NCBI RefSeq assembly: GCF_964204645.1
Contig: NC_134033.1
Coordinates: forward strand, 6,888,555-6,952,554
Reading direction: 5' to 3'
DNA length: 64,000 bases
DNA from: Tubulanus polymorphus
Lineage: Eukaryota > Animalia > Nemertea
Below the pieces are notes generated by a model. That model was not told where the DNA came from. It was given only the letters and a program-made list of their open reading frames with translations, and did no database searches. A program made the position numbers and the translations under genes. Positions 34,874-47,900 of the stretch are shown here, piece by piece (the stretch's first letter is position 1; each line of letters begins with the position of its first letter).

Positions 34874-35492
34874 AGATTTATTCATATTCGAACCGCATAA
34901 TATGTTAGTTACTGGAGTAACAAACTGTGGTAAAACACATTTCATATTAGATTTGTTAGAAACTATTTATAAGAATCATTTTGATAATATAATATTATTT
35001 TGTCCTACTTATGAAATGAATAAAACATATAATAGAGATATAGTTAATATAAAAAAGTTTATTATATTAGATCCTAAAACAGTAAAAGAAAATTTAGATA
35101 ATTGTATAATTGTATATATATTGACGATTACAATTGATACTTATAAAGGATCAAATACATTATTCATTATAGATGATTGCGCTAATTTACATGATTCAAA
35201 AGTGAGAGAAAGTGAGTTATGTTATCTAGCTTTCTCTGGAAGACATTTTGGGATAACAACATGGGTTTTAAATCAAAAATATAATTCAATTGTTAAAGAC
35301 TTTAGGGAGAATATAAGATTTCTAGTTTTATTCTACAATAAAGATAGAAAATCTATGCAACAATCATTGGAAGAAAATCAAATTATACCTACTGAATTAC
35401 ATGATGAATATATGCATAAATTAAAGAATAATAAAGGTTCAAAATTATTACTGAGACTACAATTTCCCTATGAATATAAGTTTATAAAATAA
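34866..35492 (+). CDS. A32-type packaging ATPase, 208 aa (5-aa in-frame insertion)
   Basis: Walker A and B intact; IIVYILTITIDTY versus IKIAIDTY in the inverted copy. Confidence 0.88.
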   Translation: MNKDLFIFEPHNMLVTGVTNCGKTHFILDLLETIYKNHFDNIILFCPTYEMNKTYNRDIVNIKKFIILDPKTVKENLDNCIIVYILTITIDTYKGSNTLFIIDDCANLHDSKVRESELCYLAFSGRHFGITTWVLNQKYNSIVKDFRENIRFLVLFYNKDRKSMQQSLEENQIIPTELHDEYMHKLKNNKGSKLLLRLQFPYEYKFIK

Positions 35493-35525
35493 CTGTTTAT
35501 AAATCTATTCTATAAGAGCTTACAT

Positions 35526-35987
35526 TTTTATATTGAATAATCTGTCAATTTAAATGTTATTCATATAAATGATTATTTTAAGAGTAATAGGGATAATAGG
35601 CTTTCAGGTTAAAGGTTGAATGGTCGAGTTCATTAAAAACAAAACATTAAAAGTAATTTAAAACTATAATATATTTTCATAACCGTGTGTATTTCAGTTG
35701 AATAATAGAATAATTATTATTATTAAAATATATTTGATTATATGAATTTGTGCATTGTAAATAAATCAATTGGTCGCGGAGCGGAGCGGTAGCGAAGTGG
35801 AGCGACCACTTGATTTAATACAATATGCTTTTTAGATTATTGATATCTTAGAATAAATATTTAGTTATAATATAAAATACACACGGTTATGAAAATATAT
35901 TATAGTTTTAAATTACTTTTAATGTTTTGTTTTTTAATGAGCTCGACCGTTCGACCTTTGGCTTGAAAGCCTATTATCCCTATTACT
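35526..35987. repeat. Right TIR of element B (self-complementary 35583-35694 / 35875-35987, GC stem-loop 35762-35817)
   Basis: Reverse complement of the left TIR; ends CCCTATTACT. Confidence 0.95.
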
Positions 35988-38900
35988 AAACATCTTTTCT
36001 CGCGCTGAACGACGTTTTCAGGTCGAAAAGTGCTTTTCCTGACGATTTGAGCGCTTTTACGCATCGACATTGTCGTTTTTCCGATACGGGGAATATTTGA
36101 TACGAAAACGTCTTCTCTCGCGCTGAACGACGTTTTCGGGTCGAAAAGGTCCTTTCCTGACGATTTGAGCGCTTTTACGCATCGACATTGTCGTTTTTCC
36201 GATATGGGGAATATTTGATACGACAACGTCTTTTCTCGCACTGAACGACGTTTTCGTGTCGAAAAGCTCTTTCCTGACGATTTGAGCGCTTTTACGCATC
36301 AACACTGTCGTTTTTTCCGATATGGGGAATATTTGATACGAAAACGTTTTTTCTCGCGCTGAACGACGTTTGCGGGTCGAAAAGCGCTTTTCCTGGCGAT
36401 TTGAGCGCTTTTACGCATCGACATTGTCGTTTTTCCGATATTGAGAATATTTGATACGAAGACGTCTTTTCTCGCGCTGAACGACGTTTTCGTGTCGAAA
36501 AGCTCTTTTCCTGGCGATTTGAGCGCTTTTACGCATCGACATTTTCCTTTTCCCGATAGGGCAATATTTGTTACGAAAACGTCTTTTCTCGCGCTGAACG
36601 ACGTTTTCGGATCGAAAAACGCTTTTCCTGACGATTTGAGCGCTTTTACGCATCGGCATTGTCGTTTCCGATAGGGGGTATATTTTCGATACGAAAACGT
36701 CTTTTCTCGCGCTGAACGACGTTTTCGGGTCGAAAAGCGCTTTTCCTGACGATTTGAGCGCTTTTACGCATCGACATTGTCGTTTTTTCCGATAGTGGAA
36801 TATTTGATACGAAGACGTCTTTTCTCGCGCTGAACGACGTTTTCGTGTCGAAAAGCTCGTTTCCTGGCGATTTGAGCGCTTTTACGCATCGACATTATCC
36901 TTTTCCCGATAGGGGAATATTTGATACGAAAACGTCTTTTCTCGCGCTAAACGACGTTTTCGTGTCGAAAAGCGCTTTTCCTGACGATTTGAGCGCTTTT
37001 ACGCATCGAAATTGTCGTTTTTCCGATAGGGGGAATATTCGATACGAAAACGTCTTTTCTCGCGCTGAACGACGTTTTCGGGTCGAAAAGCGCTTTTCCT
37101 GACGATTTGAGCGCTTTTACGCATCGGCATTGTCGTTTTTTCCGATAGGGGGAATATTCGATACGAAAACGTCTTTTCTCGCGCTGAACGACGTTCTCGG
37201 GTCGAAAAGCGCTTTTCCTGACGATTTGAGCGCTTTTACGCATCGGCATTGTCGTTTTTCCGATAGGGGGAATATTCGATACGAAAACGTCTTTTCTCGC
37301 GCTGAACGACGTTTTCGGGTCGAAAAGCGCTTTTCCTGACGATTTGAGCGCATCGGCATTGTCGTTTCCGATAGGGGGTATATTTTCGATACGAAAACGT
37401 CTTTTCTCGCGCTGAACGACATTTTTAGGTCGAAAAGCTCTTTTCCTGACGATTTGAGCGTTTTTACGCATCGACACTGTCGTTTTTTCGATATGGGGAA
37501 TATTTGATACGAAAACGTTTTTTCTCGCGCTGAACGACGTTTGCGGGTCGAAAAGCTTCTCCTGACGATTTGAGCGCTTTTACGCATCGGGATTGTCGTT
37601 TTTCCGATATGGGGAATATTTGATACGAAAAAGTCTTTTCTCGCGCTGAACGACGTTTTCGTGTCGAAAAGCTCATTTCCTGACGATTTGAGCGCTTTTA
37701 CGCATCGACATTGTCGTTTTTCCGATATGGGGAATATTTGATACGAAAACATCTTTTCTCGCGCTGAACGACGTTTTCGGGTCGAAAAGCTCTTTTCCTG
37801 GCGATTTGAGCGCTTTTACGCATCGACATTGTCGTTTTTCCGATATGGAGAATATTTGATACGAAGACGTCTTTTCTCGCGCTGAACGACGTTTTCGTGT
37901 CGAAAAGCTCTTTTCCTGGCGATTTGAGCGCTTTTACGCATCGACATTTTCCTTTTCCCGATAGGGCAATATTTGTTACGAAAACGTCTTTTCTCGCGCT
38001 GAACGACTTTTCGGATCGAAAAGCGCTTTTCCTGACGATTTGAGCGCTTTTACGCATCGGCATTGTCGTTTCCGATAGGGGGTATATTTTCGATACGAAA
38101 ACGTCTTTTCTCGCGCTGAACGACGTTTTCGGGTCGAAAAGCGCTTTTCCTCACGATTTGAGCGCTTTTACGCATCGACATTGTCGTTTTTCCGATAGGG
38201 GGAATATTCGATACGAAAACGTCTTTTCTCGCGCTGAACGACGTTTTCGTGTCGAAAAGCGGTTTTCCTGACGATTTGAGCGCTTTTACGCATCGACATT
38301 TTCCTTTTCCCGATAGGGGAATATTTGATACGAAAACGTCTTTCCTCGCGCTGAACGACATTTTCGTGTCGAAAAGTGCTTTTCCTGACGATTTGAGCGC
38401 TTTTACGCATCGACATTGTCGTTTTTCCGATAGGGGGAATATTCGATACGAAAACGTCTTTTCTCGCGCTGAACGACGTTTTCGGGTCGGAAAGTGCTTT
38501 TCCTGACGATTTGAGCGCTTTTACGCATCGGCATAGTCGTTTTTCCGATAGGGGGTATATTTTCGATACGAAAACGTCTTTTCTCGCGCTGAACGACGTC
38601 TTCGCGTCGAAAAGTGCTTTTCCTGACGATTTGAACGCTTTTACGCATCGACATTGTCGTTTTTTTGATAGGGGGAATATTCGATACGAAAACGTCTTTT
38701 CTCGCGCTGAACGACGTTTTCGCGTCGAAAAGTGCTTTTCCTGACGATTTGAGCGCTTTTACGTATCGACTTTGTCGTTTTTCCGATAGGGGGAATATTC
38801 GAAAAGAAAACGTCTTTTCTCGCGCTGAACGACGTTTTCGCGTCGAAAAGTGCTTTTCCTGACGATTTGAGCGCTTTTACGCATCGACATTGTCGTTTTT

Positions 38901-41900
38901 CCGATAGGGAGAATATTCGATACGAAAACGTCTTTTCTCGCGCTGAACGACGTTTTCGCGTCGAAAAGTGCTTTTCCTGACGATTTGAACGCTTTTACGC
39001 ATCGACATTGACGTTTTTGGGATAGGGGGAATATTCGATACGAAAACGTCTTTTCTCGCGCTGAACGACGTTTTCGCGTCGAAAAGTGCTTTTCCTGACG
39101 ATTTGAGCGCTTTTACGTATCGACTTTGTCGTTTTTCCGATAGGGGGAATATTCGAAAAGAAAACGTCTTTTCTCGCGCTGAACGACGTTTTCGCGTCGA
39201 AAAGTGCTTTTCCTGACGATTTGAGCGCTTTTACGCATCGACATTGTCGTTTTACCGATAGGGAGAATATTCGATACGAAAACGTCTTTTCTCGCGCTGA
39301 ACGACGTTTTCGCGTCGAAAAGTGCTTTTCCTGACGATTTGAGCGCTTTTACGCATCGACATTGTCGTTTTACCGATAGTGAGAATATTCGATACGAAAA
39401 CGTCTTTTCTCGCGCTGAGCGACGTTTTCGCGTCGAAAAGTGCTTTTCCTGACGATTTGAGCGCTTTTACGCATCGACATTGTCGTTTTACCGATAGGGA
39501 GAATATTCGACACGAAAACGTCTTTTCTCGCGCTGAACGACGTTTTCGCGTCGAAAAGCGCTTTTCCTGACGATTTGAGCGCTTTTACGCATCGACATTG
39601 TCGTTTTACCGATAGTGAGAATATTCGATACGAAAACGTCTTTTCTCGCGCTGAACGACGTTTTCGCGTCGAAAAGCGCTTTTCCTGACGATTTGAGCGC
39701 TTTTACGCATCGACATTGTCGTTTTACCGATAGTGAGAATATTCGATACGAAAACGTCTTTTCTCGCGCTGAACGACGTTTTCGCGTCGAAAAGTGCTTT
39801 TCCTGACGATTTGAACGCTTTTACGCATCGACATTGTCGTTTTTCCGATAGGGGGAATATTCGAAAAGAAAACGTCTTTTCTCGCGCTGAACGACGTTTT
39901 CGCGTCGAAAAGTGCTTTTCCTGACGATTTGAGCGCTTTTACGCATCGGCATTGTCGTTTTTCCGATAGGGGAAATATTCGATACGAAAACGTCTTTTCT
40001 CGCGCTGAACGACGTTTTCGCGTCGAAAAGTGCTTTTCCTGACGATTTGAACGCTTTTACGCATCGACATTGTCGTTTTTCCGATAGGGAGAATATTCGA
40101 TACGAAAACGTCTTTTCTCGCGCTGAGCGACGTTTTCGCGTCGAAAAGTGCTTTTCCTGACGATTTGAGCGCTTTTACGCATCGACATTGTCGTTTTACC
40201 GATAGGGAGAATATTCGACACGAAAACGTCTTTTCTCGCGCTGAACGACGTTTTCGCGTCGAAAAGTGCTTTTCCTGACGATTTGAACGCTTTTACGCAT
40301 CGACATTGTCGTTTTACCGATAGGGAGAATATTCGACACGAAAACGTCTTTTCTCGCGCTGAACGACGTTTTCGCGTCGAAAAGCGCTTTTCCTGACGAT
40401 TTGAGCGCTTTTACGCATCGGCATTGTCGTTTTTCCGATAGGGGGAATATTCGATAAGAAAACGTCTTTTCTCGCGCTGAACGACGTTTTCGGTTCGAAA
40501 AGTGCTTTTCCTGACGATTTGAGCGCTTTTACGCATCGAAATTGTCGTTTTTCCGATAGGGGGAATATTCGATACGAAAACGTCTTTTCTCGCGCTGAAC
40601 GACGTTTTCGCGTCGAAAAGTGCTTTTCCTGACGATTTGAGCGCTTTTACGCTTCGACATTGTCGTTTTACCGATAGGGAGAATATTCGACACGAAAACG
40701 TCTTTTCTCGCGCTGAACGACGTTTTCGCGTCGAAAAGCGCTTTTCCTGACGATTTGAGCGCTTTTACGCATCGACATTGTCGTTTTACCGATAGTGAGA
40801 ATATTCGATACGAAAACGTCTTTTCTCGCGCTGAACGACGTTTTCGCGTCGAAAAGTGCTTTTCCTGACGATTTGAACGCTTTTACGCATCGACATTGTC
40901 GTTTTTCCGATAGGGGGAATATTCGAAAAGAAAACGTCTTTTCTCGCGCTGAACGACGTTTTCGCGTCGAAAAGTGCTTTTCCTGACGATTTGAGCGCTT
41001 TTACGCATCGGCATTGTCGTTTTTCCGATAGGGGAAATATTCGATACGAAAACGTCTTTTCTCGCGCTGAACGACGTTTTCGCGTCGAAAAGTGCTTTTC
41101 CTGACGATTTGAACGCTTTTACGCATCGACATTGTCGTTTTTCCGATAGGGAGAATATTCGATACGAAAACGTCTTTTCTCGCGCTGAGCGACGTTTTCG
41201 CGTCGAAAAGTGCTTTTCCTGACGATTTGAGCGCTTTTACGCATCGACATTGTCGTTTTACCGATAGGGAGAATATTCGACACGAAAACGTCTTTTCTCG
41301 CGCTGAACGACGTTTTCGCGTCGAAAAGTGCTTTTCCTGACGATTTGAACGCTTTTACGCATCGACATTGTCGTTTTTCCGATAGGGAGAATATTCGATA
41401 CGAAAACGTCTTTTCTCGCGCTGAGCGACGTTTTCGCGTCGAAAAGTGCTTTTCCTGACGATTTGAGCGCTTTTACGCATCGACATTGTCGTTTTACCGA
41501 TAGGGAGAATATTCGACACGAAAACGTCTTTTCTCGCGCTGAACGACGTTTTCGCGTCGAAAAGCGCTTTTCCTGACGATTTGAGCGCTTTTACGCATCG
41601 ACATTGTCGTTTTACCGATAGTGAGAATATTCGATACGAAAACGTCTTTTCTCGCGCTGAACGACGTTTTCGCGTCGAAAAGTGCTTTTCCTGACGATTT
41701 GAACGCTTTTACGCATCGACATTGTCGTTTTTCCGATAGGGAGAATATTCGATACGAAAACGTCTTTTCTCGCGCTGAACGACGTTTTCGCGTCGAAAAG
41801 TGCTTTTCCTGACGATTTGAACGCTTTTACGCATCGACATTGACGTTTTTGGGATAGGGGGAATATTCGATACGAAAACGTCTTTTCTCGCGCTGAACGA

Positions 41901-44900
41901 CGTTTTCGCGTCGAAAAGTGCTTTTCCTGACGATTTGAGCGCTTTTACGTATCGACTTTGTCGTTTTTCCGATAGGGGGAATATTCGAAAAGAAAACGTC
42001 TTTTCTCGCGCTGAACGACGTTTTCGCGTCGAAAAGTGCTTTTCCTGACGATTTGAGCGCTTTTACGCATCGACATTGTCGTTTTACCGATAGGGAGAAT
42101 ATTCGACACGAAAACGTCTTTTCTCGCGCTGAACGACGTTTTCGCGTCGAAAAGTGCTTTTCCTGACGATTTGAGCGCTTTTACGCATCGACATTGTCGT
42201 TTTACCGATAGTGAGAATATTCGATACGAAAACGTCTTTTCTCGCGCTGAACGACGTTTTCGCGTCGAAAAGTGCTTTTCCTGACGATTTGAGCGCTTTT
42301 ACGCATCGACATTGTCGTTTTACCGATAGTGAGAATATTCGATACGAAAACGTCTTTTCTCGCGCTGAGCGACGTTTTCGCGTCGAAAAGTGCTTTTCCT
42401 GACGATTTGAGCGCTTTTACGCATCGACATTGTCGTTTTACCGATAGGGAGAATATTCGACACGAAAACGTCTTTTCTCGCGCTGAACGACGTTTTCGCG
42501 TCGAAAAGCGCTTTTCCTGACGATTTGAGCGCTTTTACGCATCGACATTGTCGTTTTACCGATAGTGAGAATATTCGATACGAAAACGTCTTTTCTCGCG
42601 CTGAACGACGTTTTCGCGTCGAAAAGTGCTTTTCCTGACGATTTGAACGCTTTTACGCATCGACATTGTCGTTTTTCCGATAGGGGGAATATTCGAAAAG
42701 AAAACTTCTTTTCTCGCGCTGAACGACGTTTTCGCGTCGAAAAGTGCTTTTCCTGACGATTTGAGCGCTTTTACGCATCGGCATTGTCGTTTTTCCGATA
42801 GGGGAAATATTCGATACGAAAACGTCTTTTCTCGCGCTGAACGACGTTTTCGCGTCGAAAAGTGCTTTTCCTGACGATTTGAACGCTTTTACGCATCGAC
42901 ATTGTCGTTTTTCCGATAGGGAGAATATTCGATACGAAAACGTCTTTTCTCGCGCTGAGCGACGTTTTCGCGTCGAAAAGTGCTTTTCCTGACGATTTGA
43001 GCGCTTTTACGCATCGACATTGTCGTTTTACCGATAGGGAGAATATTCGACACGAAAACGTCTTTTCTCGCGCTGAACGACGTTTTCGCGTCGAAAAGTG
43101 CTTTTCCTGACGATTTGAACGCTTTTACGCATCGACATTGTCGTTTTACCGATAGGGAGAATATTCGACACGAAAACGTCTTTTCTCGCGCTGAACGACG
43201 TTTTCGCGTCGAAAAGCGCTTTTCCTGACGATTTGAGCGCTTTTACGCATCGGCATTGTCGTTTTTCCGATAGGGGGAATATTCGATAAGAAAACGTCTT
43301 TTCTCGCGCTGAACGACGTTTTCGGTTCGAAAAGTGCTTTTCCTGACGATTTGAGCGCTTTTACGCATCGAAATTGTCGTTTTTCCGATAGGGGGAATAT
43401 TCGATACGAAAACGTCTTTTCTCGCGCTGAACGACGTTTTCGCGTCGAAAAGTGCTTTTCCTGACGATTTGAGCGCTTTTACGCTTCGACATTGTCGTTT
43501 TACCGATAGGGAGAATATTCGACACGAAAACGTCTTTTCTCGCGCTGAACGACGTTTTCGCGTCGAAAAGCGCTTTTCCTGACGATTTGAGCGCTTTTAC
43601 GCATCGACATTGTCGTTTTACCGATAGTGAGAATATTCGATACGAAAACGTCTTTTCTCGCGCTGAACGACGTTTTCGCGTCGAAAAGTGCTTTTCCTGA
43701 CGATTTGAGCGATTTTACGCATCGACATTGTCGTTTTACCGATAGGGAGAATATTCGACACGAAAACGTCTTTTCTCGCGCTGAACGACGTTTTCGCGTC
43801 GAAAAGTGCTTTTCCTGACGATTTGAACGCTTTTACGCATCGACATTGTCGTTTTACCGATAGCGAGAATATTCGATACGAAAACGTCTTTTCTCGCGCT
43901 GAACGACGTCTTCGCGTCGAAAAGTGCTTTTCCTGACGATTTGAACGCTTTTACGCATCGACATTGTCGTTTTTTTGATAGGGGGAATATTCGATACGAA
44001 AACGTCTTTTCTCGCGCTGAACGACGTTTTCGCGTCGAAAAGTGCTTTTCCTGACGATTTGAGCGCTTTTACGTATCGACTTTGTCGTTTTTCCGATAGG
44101 GGGAATATTCGAAAAGAAAACGTCTTTTCTCGCGCTGAACGACGTTTTCGCGTCGAAAAGTGCTTTTCCTGACGATTTTAGCGCTTTTACGCATCGACAT
44201 TGTCGTTTTACCGATAGGGAGAATATTCGACACGAAAACGTCTTTTCTCGCGCTGAACGACGTTTTCGCGTCGAAAAGTGCTTTTCCTGACGATTTGAGC
44301 GCTTTTACGCATCGACATTGTCGTTTTACCGATAGTGAGAATATTCGATACGAAAACGTCTTTTCTCGCGCTGAACGACGTTTTCGCGTCGAAAAGTGCT
44401 TTTCCTGACGATTTGAGCGCTTTTACGCATCGACATTGTCGTTTTACCGATAGTGAGAATATTCGATACGAAAACGTCTTTTCTCGCGCTGAGCGACGTT
44501 TTCGCGTCGAAAAGTGCTTTTCCTGACGATTTGAGCGCTTTTACGCATCGACATTGTCGTTTTACCGATAGGGAGAATATTCGACACGAAAACGTCTTTT
44601 CTCGCGCTGAACGACGTTTTCGCGTCGAAAAGCGCTTTTCCTGACGATTTGAGCGCTTTTACGCATCGACATTGTCGTTTTACCGATAGTGAGAATATTC
44701 GATACGAAAACGTCTTTTCTCGCGCTGAACGACGTTTTCGCGTCGAAAAGTGCTTTTCCTGACGATTTGAACGCTTTTACGCATCGACATTGTCGTTTTT
44801 CCGATAGGGGGAATATTCGATACGAAAACGTCTTTTCTCGCGCTGAACGACGTTTTCGCGTCGAAAAGTGCTTTTCCTGACGATTTGAACGCTTTTACGC

Positions 44901-47900
44901 ATCGGCATTGTCGTTTTTCCGATAGGGGAAATATTCGATACGAAAACGTCTTTTCTCGCGCTGAACGACGTTTTCGCGTCGAAAAGTGCTTTTCCTGACG
45001 ATTTGAACGCTTTTACGCATCGACATTGTCGTTTTTCCGATAGGGAGAATATTCGATACGAAAACGTCTTTTCTCGCGCTGAGCGACGTTTTCGCGTCGA
45101 AAAGTGCTTTTCCTGACGATTTGAGCGCTTTTACGCATCGACATTGTCGTTTTACCGATAGGGAGAATATTCGACACGAAAACGTCTTTTCTCGCGCTGA
45201 ACGACGTTTTCGCGTCGAAAAGCGCTTTTCCTGACGATTTGAACGCTTTTACGCATCGACATTGTCGTTTTTCCGATAGGGAGAATATTCGATACGAAAA
45301 CGTCTTTTCTCGCGCTGAGCGACGTTTTCGCGTCGAAAAGTGCTTTTCCTGACGATTTGAGCGCTTTTACGCATCGACATTGTCGTTTTACCGATAGGGA
45401 GAATATTCGACACGAAAACGTCTTTTCTCGCGCTGAACGACGTTTTCGCGTCGAAAAGCGCTTTTCCTGACGATTTGAACGCTTTTACGCATCGACATTG
45501 TCGTTTTTCCGATAGGGAGAATATTCGATACGAAAACGTCTTTTCTCGCGCTGAGCGACGTTTTCGCGTCGAAAAGTGCTTTTCCTGACGATTTGAGCGC
45601 TTTTACGCATCGACATTGTCGTTTTACCGATAGGGAGAATATTCGACACGAAAACGTCTTTTCTCGCGCTGAACGACGTTTTCGCGTCGAAAAGCGCTTT
45701 TCCTGACGATTTGAGCGCTTTTACGCATCGACATTGTCGTTTTACCGATAGTGAGAATATTCGATACGAAAACGTCTTTTCTCGCGCTGAACGACGTTTT
45801 CGCGTCGAAAAGTGCTTTTCCTGACGATTTGAACGCTTTTACGCATCGACATTGTCGTTTTTCCGATAGGGGGAATATTCGAAAAGAAAACGTCTTTTCT
45901 CGCGCTGAACGACGTTTTCGCGTCGAAAAGCGCTTTTCCTGACGATTTGAGCGCTTTTACGCATCGGCATTGTCGTTTTTCCGATAGGGGGAATATTCGA
46001 AAAGAAAACGTCTTTTCTCGCGCTGAACGACGTTTTCGCGTCGAAAAGTGCTTTTCCTGACGATTTGAACGCTTTTACGCATCGACATTGTCGTTTTACC
46101 GATAGGGAGAATATTCGACACGAAAACGTCTTTTCTCGCGCTGAACGACGTTTTCGCGTCGAAAAGTGCTTTTCCTGACGATTTGAGCGCTTTTACGCAT
46201 CGGCATTTTCGTTTTTCCGATAGGGGGATTATTCGAAAAGAAAACGTCTTTTCTCGCGCTGAACGACGTTTTCGCGTCGAAAAGTGCTTTTCCTGACGAT
46301 TTGAGCGCTTTTACGCATCGGCATTGTCGTTTTTCCGATAGGGGAAATATTCGATACGAAAACGTCTTTTCTCGCGCTGAACGACGTTTTCGGGTCGAAA
46401 AGTGCTTTTCCTGACGATTTGAGCGCTTTTACGCATCGACATTGTCGTTTTACCGATAGTGAGAATATTCGATACGAAAACGTCTTTTCTCGCGCTGAAC
46501 GACGTTTTCGCGTCGAAAAGCGCTTTTCCTGACGATTTGAGCGCTTTTACGCATCGGCATTTTCGTTTTTCCGATAGGGGGAATATTCGAAAAGAAAACG
46601 TCTTTTCTCGCGCTGGAACGACGTTTTCGCGTCGAAAAGCGCTTTTCCTGACGATTTGAGCGCTTTTACGCTTCGACATTGTCGTTTTACCGATAGGGAG
46701 AATATTCGACACGAAAACGTCTTTTCTCGCGCTGAACGACGTTTTCGCGTCGAAAAGCGCTTTTCCTGACGATTTGAGCGCTTTTACGCTTCGACATTGT
46801 CGTTTTACCGATAGGGAGAATATTCGACACGAAAACGTCTTTTCTCGCGCTGAACGACGTTTTCGCGTCGAAAAGCGCTTTTCCTGACGATTTGAGCGCT
46901 TTTACGCATCGACATTGTCGTTTTACCGATAGTGAGAATATTCGACACGAAAACGTCTTTTCTCGCGCTGAACGACGTTTTCGCGTCGAAAAGCGCTTTT
47001 CCTGACGATTTGAGCGCTTTTACGCATCGACATTGTCGTTTTTTTGATAGGGGGAATATTCGATACGAAAACGTCTTTTCTCGCGCTGAACGACGTTTTC
47101 GCGTCGAAAAGTGCTTTTCCTGACGATTTGAGCGCTTTTACGTATCGACTTTGTCGTTTTTCCGATAGGGGGAATATTCGAAAAGAAAACGTCTTTTCTC
47201 GCGCTGAACGACGTTTTCGCGTCGAAAAGTGCTTTTCCTGACGATTTGAACGCTTTTACGCATCGACATTGTCGTTTTACCGATAGCGAGAATATTCGAT
47301 ACGAAAACGTCTTTTCTCGCGCTGAACGACGTCTTCGCGTCGAAAAGTGCTTTTCCTGACGATTTGAACGCTTTTACGCATCGACATTGTCGTTTTTTTG
47401 ATAGGGGGAATATTCGATACGAAAACGTCTTTTCTCGCGCTGAACGACGTTTTCGCGTCGAAAAGTGCTTTTCCTGACGATTTGAGCGCTTTTACGTATC
47501 GACTTTGTCGTTTTTCCGATAGGGGGAATATTCGAAAAGAAAACGTCTTTTCTCGCGCTGAACGACGTTTTCGCGTCGAAAAGTGCTTTTCCTGACGATT
47601 TTAGCGCTTTTACGCATCGACATTGTCGTTTTACCGATAGGGAGAATATTCGACACGAAAACGTCTTTTCTCGCGCTGAACGACGTTTTCGCGTCGAAAA
47701 GTGCTTTTCCTGACGATTTGAGCGCTTTTACGCATCGACATTGTCGTTTTACCGATAGTGAGAATATTCGATACGAAAACGTCTTTTCTCGCGCTGAACG
47801 ACGTTTTCGCGTCGAAAAGTGCTTTTCCTGACGATTTGAGCGCTTTTACGCATCGACATTGTCGTTTTACCGATAGTGAGAATATTCGATACGAAAACGT

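Larger units (their letters stand above)
12277..35987 (+). mobile_element. Polinton/Maverick element B, 23.7 kb, both ends intact, internally duplicated and inverted
   Basis: 5'-AGTAATAGGG…CCCTATTACT-3'; TSD AAACA at 12272-12276 and 35988-35992; carries pPolB, integrase, ATPase and capsid-like genes. Confidence 0.96.

Noticed and set aside
5582-35987. Bacterial prophage or contaminating giant-virus genome
   Set aside because: pPolB, rve integrase, A32 ATPase, AGT…ACT TIRs, a TSD, an inserted MITE and satellite flanks identify endogenous Polintons.
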